Made by a program: the position numbers and the translations under genes | Part shown: positions 62,427-62,951 of the stretch, one piece after another | Layout of the letters: every line of letters starts with the position of its first letter | Position numbering within the stretch: position 1 is the stretch's first letter | Source of the DNA: Gemmatimonadaceae bacterium | GTDB taxonomy: Bacteria; Gemmatimonadota; Gemmatimonadetes; Gemmatimonadales; Gemmatimonadaceae | Length of the DNA stretch: 62,951 bases | Direction: 5' to 3' | Assembly (NCBI GenBank): GCA_033763905.1 | Contig: JANRJP010000075.1 | Location: 1 to 62,951 of the forward strand | The notes under the pieces: model-generated | Database searches by the model: none | The model's input: only the letters and a program-made list of their open reading frames with translations | Told to the model about the DNA's origin: nothing

Positions 62427-62951
62427 TCACTCCCACTCGATCGTCGCGGGCGGCTTCGAGCTCACATCGTACACGACCCGATTGATGCCGCGCACTTCGT
62501 TGATGATGCGGTTCGAAATCCGTCCCAGCACGTCGTGCGGGAACGCGTACCAGTCCGCGGTCATCCCGTCGGTGCTCGTCACGGCGCGCAGCGCGATGAC
62601 GTGCTCGTACGTGCGACCATCGCCCATCACGCCGACGGAACGCACCGGCAGGAAGACCGCGAACGCCTGCCAGATCTCGCTGTAGAGGCCGGCGGCGCGG
62701 ATCTCTTCCAGGTAGATCGCGTCGGCCTTGCGCAGCATCTCGAGTGCGGGTCGATCGACCGCGCCGAGGACACGAATCGCCAACCCCGGCCCGGGGAACG
62801 GGTGGCGCCCGACCATCTCTTCGGGCAGCCCAAGTTCGCGGCCGACGTTGCGCACTTCGTCCTTGAAGAGTTCACGCAGCGGCTCGATCAGCGCGAACTT
62901 CATATCGGGCTTGAGGCCACCGACATTGTGGTGCGTCTTGATCGTGGCGCT
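62427..62951 (-). CDS. guaA: GMP synthase, 5'-truncated
   Basis: [41 protein letters not shown]. Confidence 0.97.
   Translation of the reverse strand, partial: SATIKTHHNVGGLKPDMKFALIEPLRELFKDEVRNVGRELGLPEEMVGRHPFPGPGLAIRVLGAVDRPALEMLRKADAIYLEEIRAAGLYSEIWQAFAVFLPVRSVGVMGDGRTYEHVIALRAVTSTDGMTADWYAFPHDVLGRISNRIINEVRGINRVVYDVSSKPPATIEWE

Overview
A ~63 kb, very GC-rich, gene-dense piece of bacterial core chromosome. It is probably Gemmatimonadota; this is inferred from gene content and the tmRNA tag ANNNLALAA and has not been verified. No prophage, IS element, integrase, rRNA, tRNA or CRISPR array is evident. Layout: (1) amidohydrolase, DUF486/DMT protein and a 2Fe-2S ferredoxin on +. (2) A ~22.6 kb minus-strand run: aspS-phoH-ybeY-two CBS genes-meaB-B12 mutase large subunit-methyltransferase-lipoprotein-B12-binding subunit-carboxyltransferase-atuA-atuA C-terminal partner-U32/RlhA-recQ-acyl-CoA dehydrogenase-RNase E/G-rplU-rpmA. 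(3) rlmN. (4) A trp cluster (trpD, trpC, trpF, trpB, trpA) interleaved with lexA, DUF2239, a GAF-only protein, a HEAT-repeat/HD-GYP pair, an orphan chemoreceptor, yqeK and a LytR_C protein. (5) truA-pseudo-transaldolase-htrA-purB-purC-psd-pssA-purS-purQ-zinc finger-purL-purF-ppdK and a leishmanolysin-like lipoprotein. (6) tmRNA, GAF-GGDEF, larB, dusB, PTS IIA, a barrel-less TonB-plug-like secreted protein, MATE and partial guaA. The best candidates for undescribed biology are: the HEAT/HD-GYP pair, which shares an unannotated N-terminal domain and is coupled between trpB and trpA; a candidate TTCGG-N6-TTCGG LexA operator abutting the trpC start; an isobutyryl-CoA-mutase-type B12 enzyme clustered with split AtuA; a catalytically dead transaldolase; a dispersed 25-bp CAAG-N17-STTR palindrome; a structured RNase E/G leader; three CTG starts; and several leaderless promoters. 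All protein calls come from visual motif recognition, not database searches.
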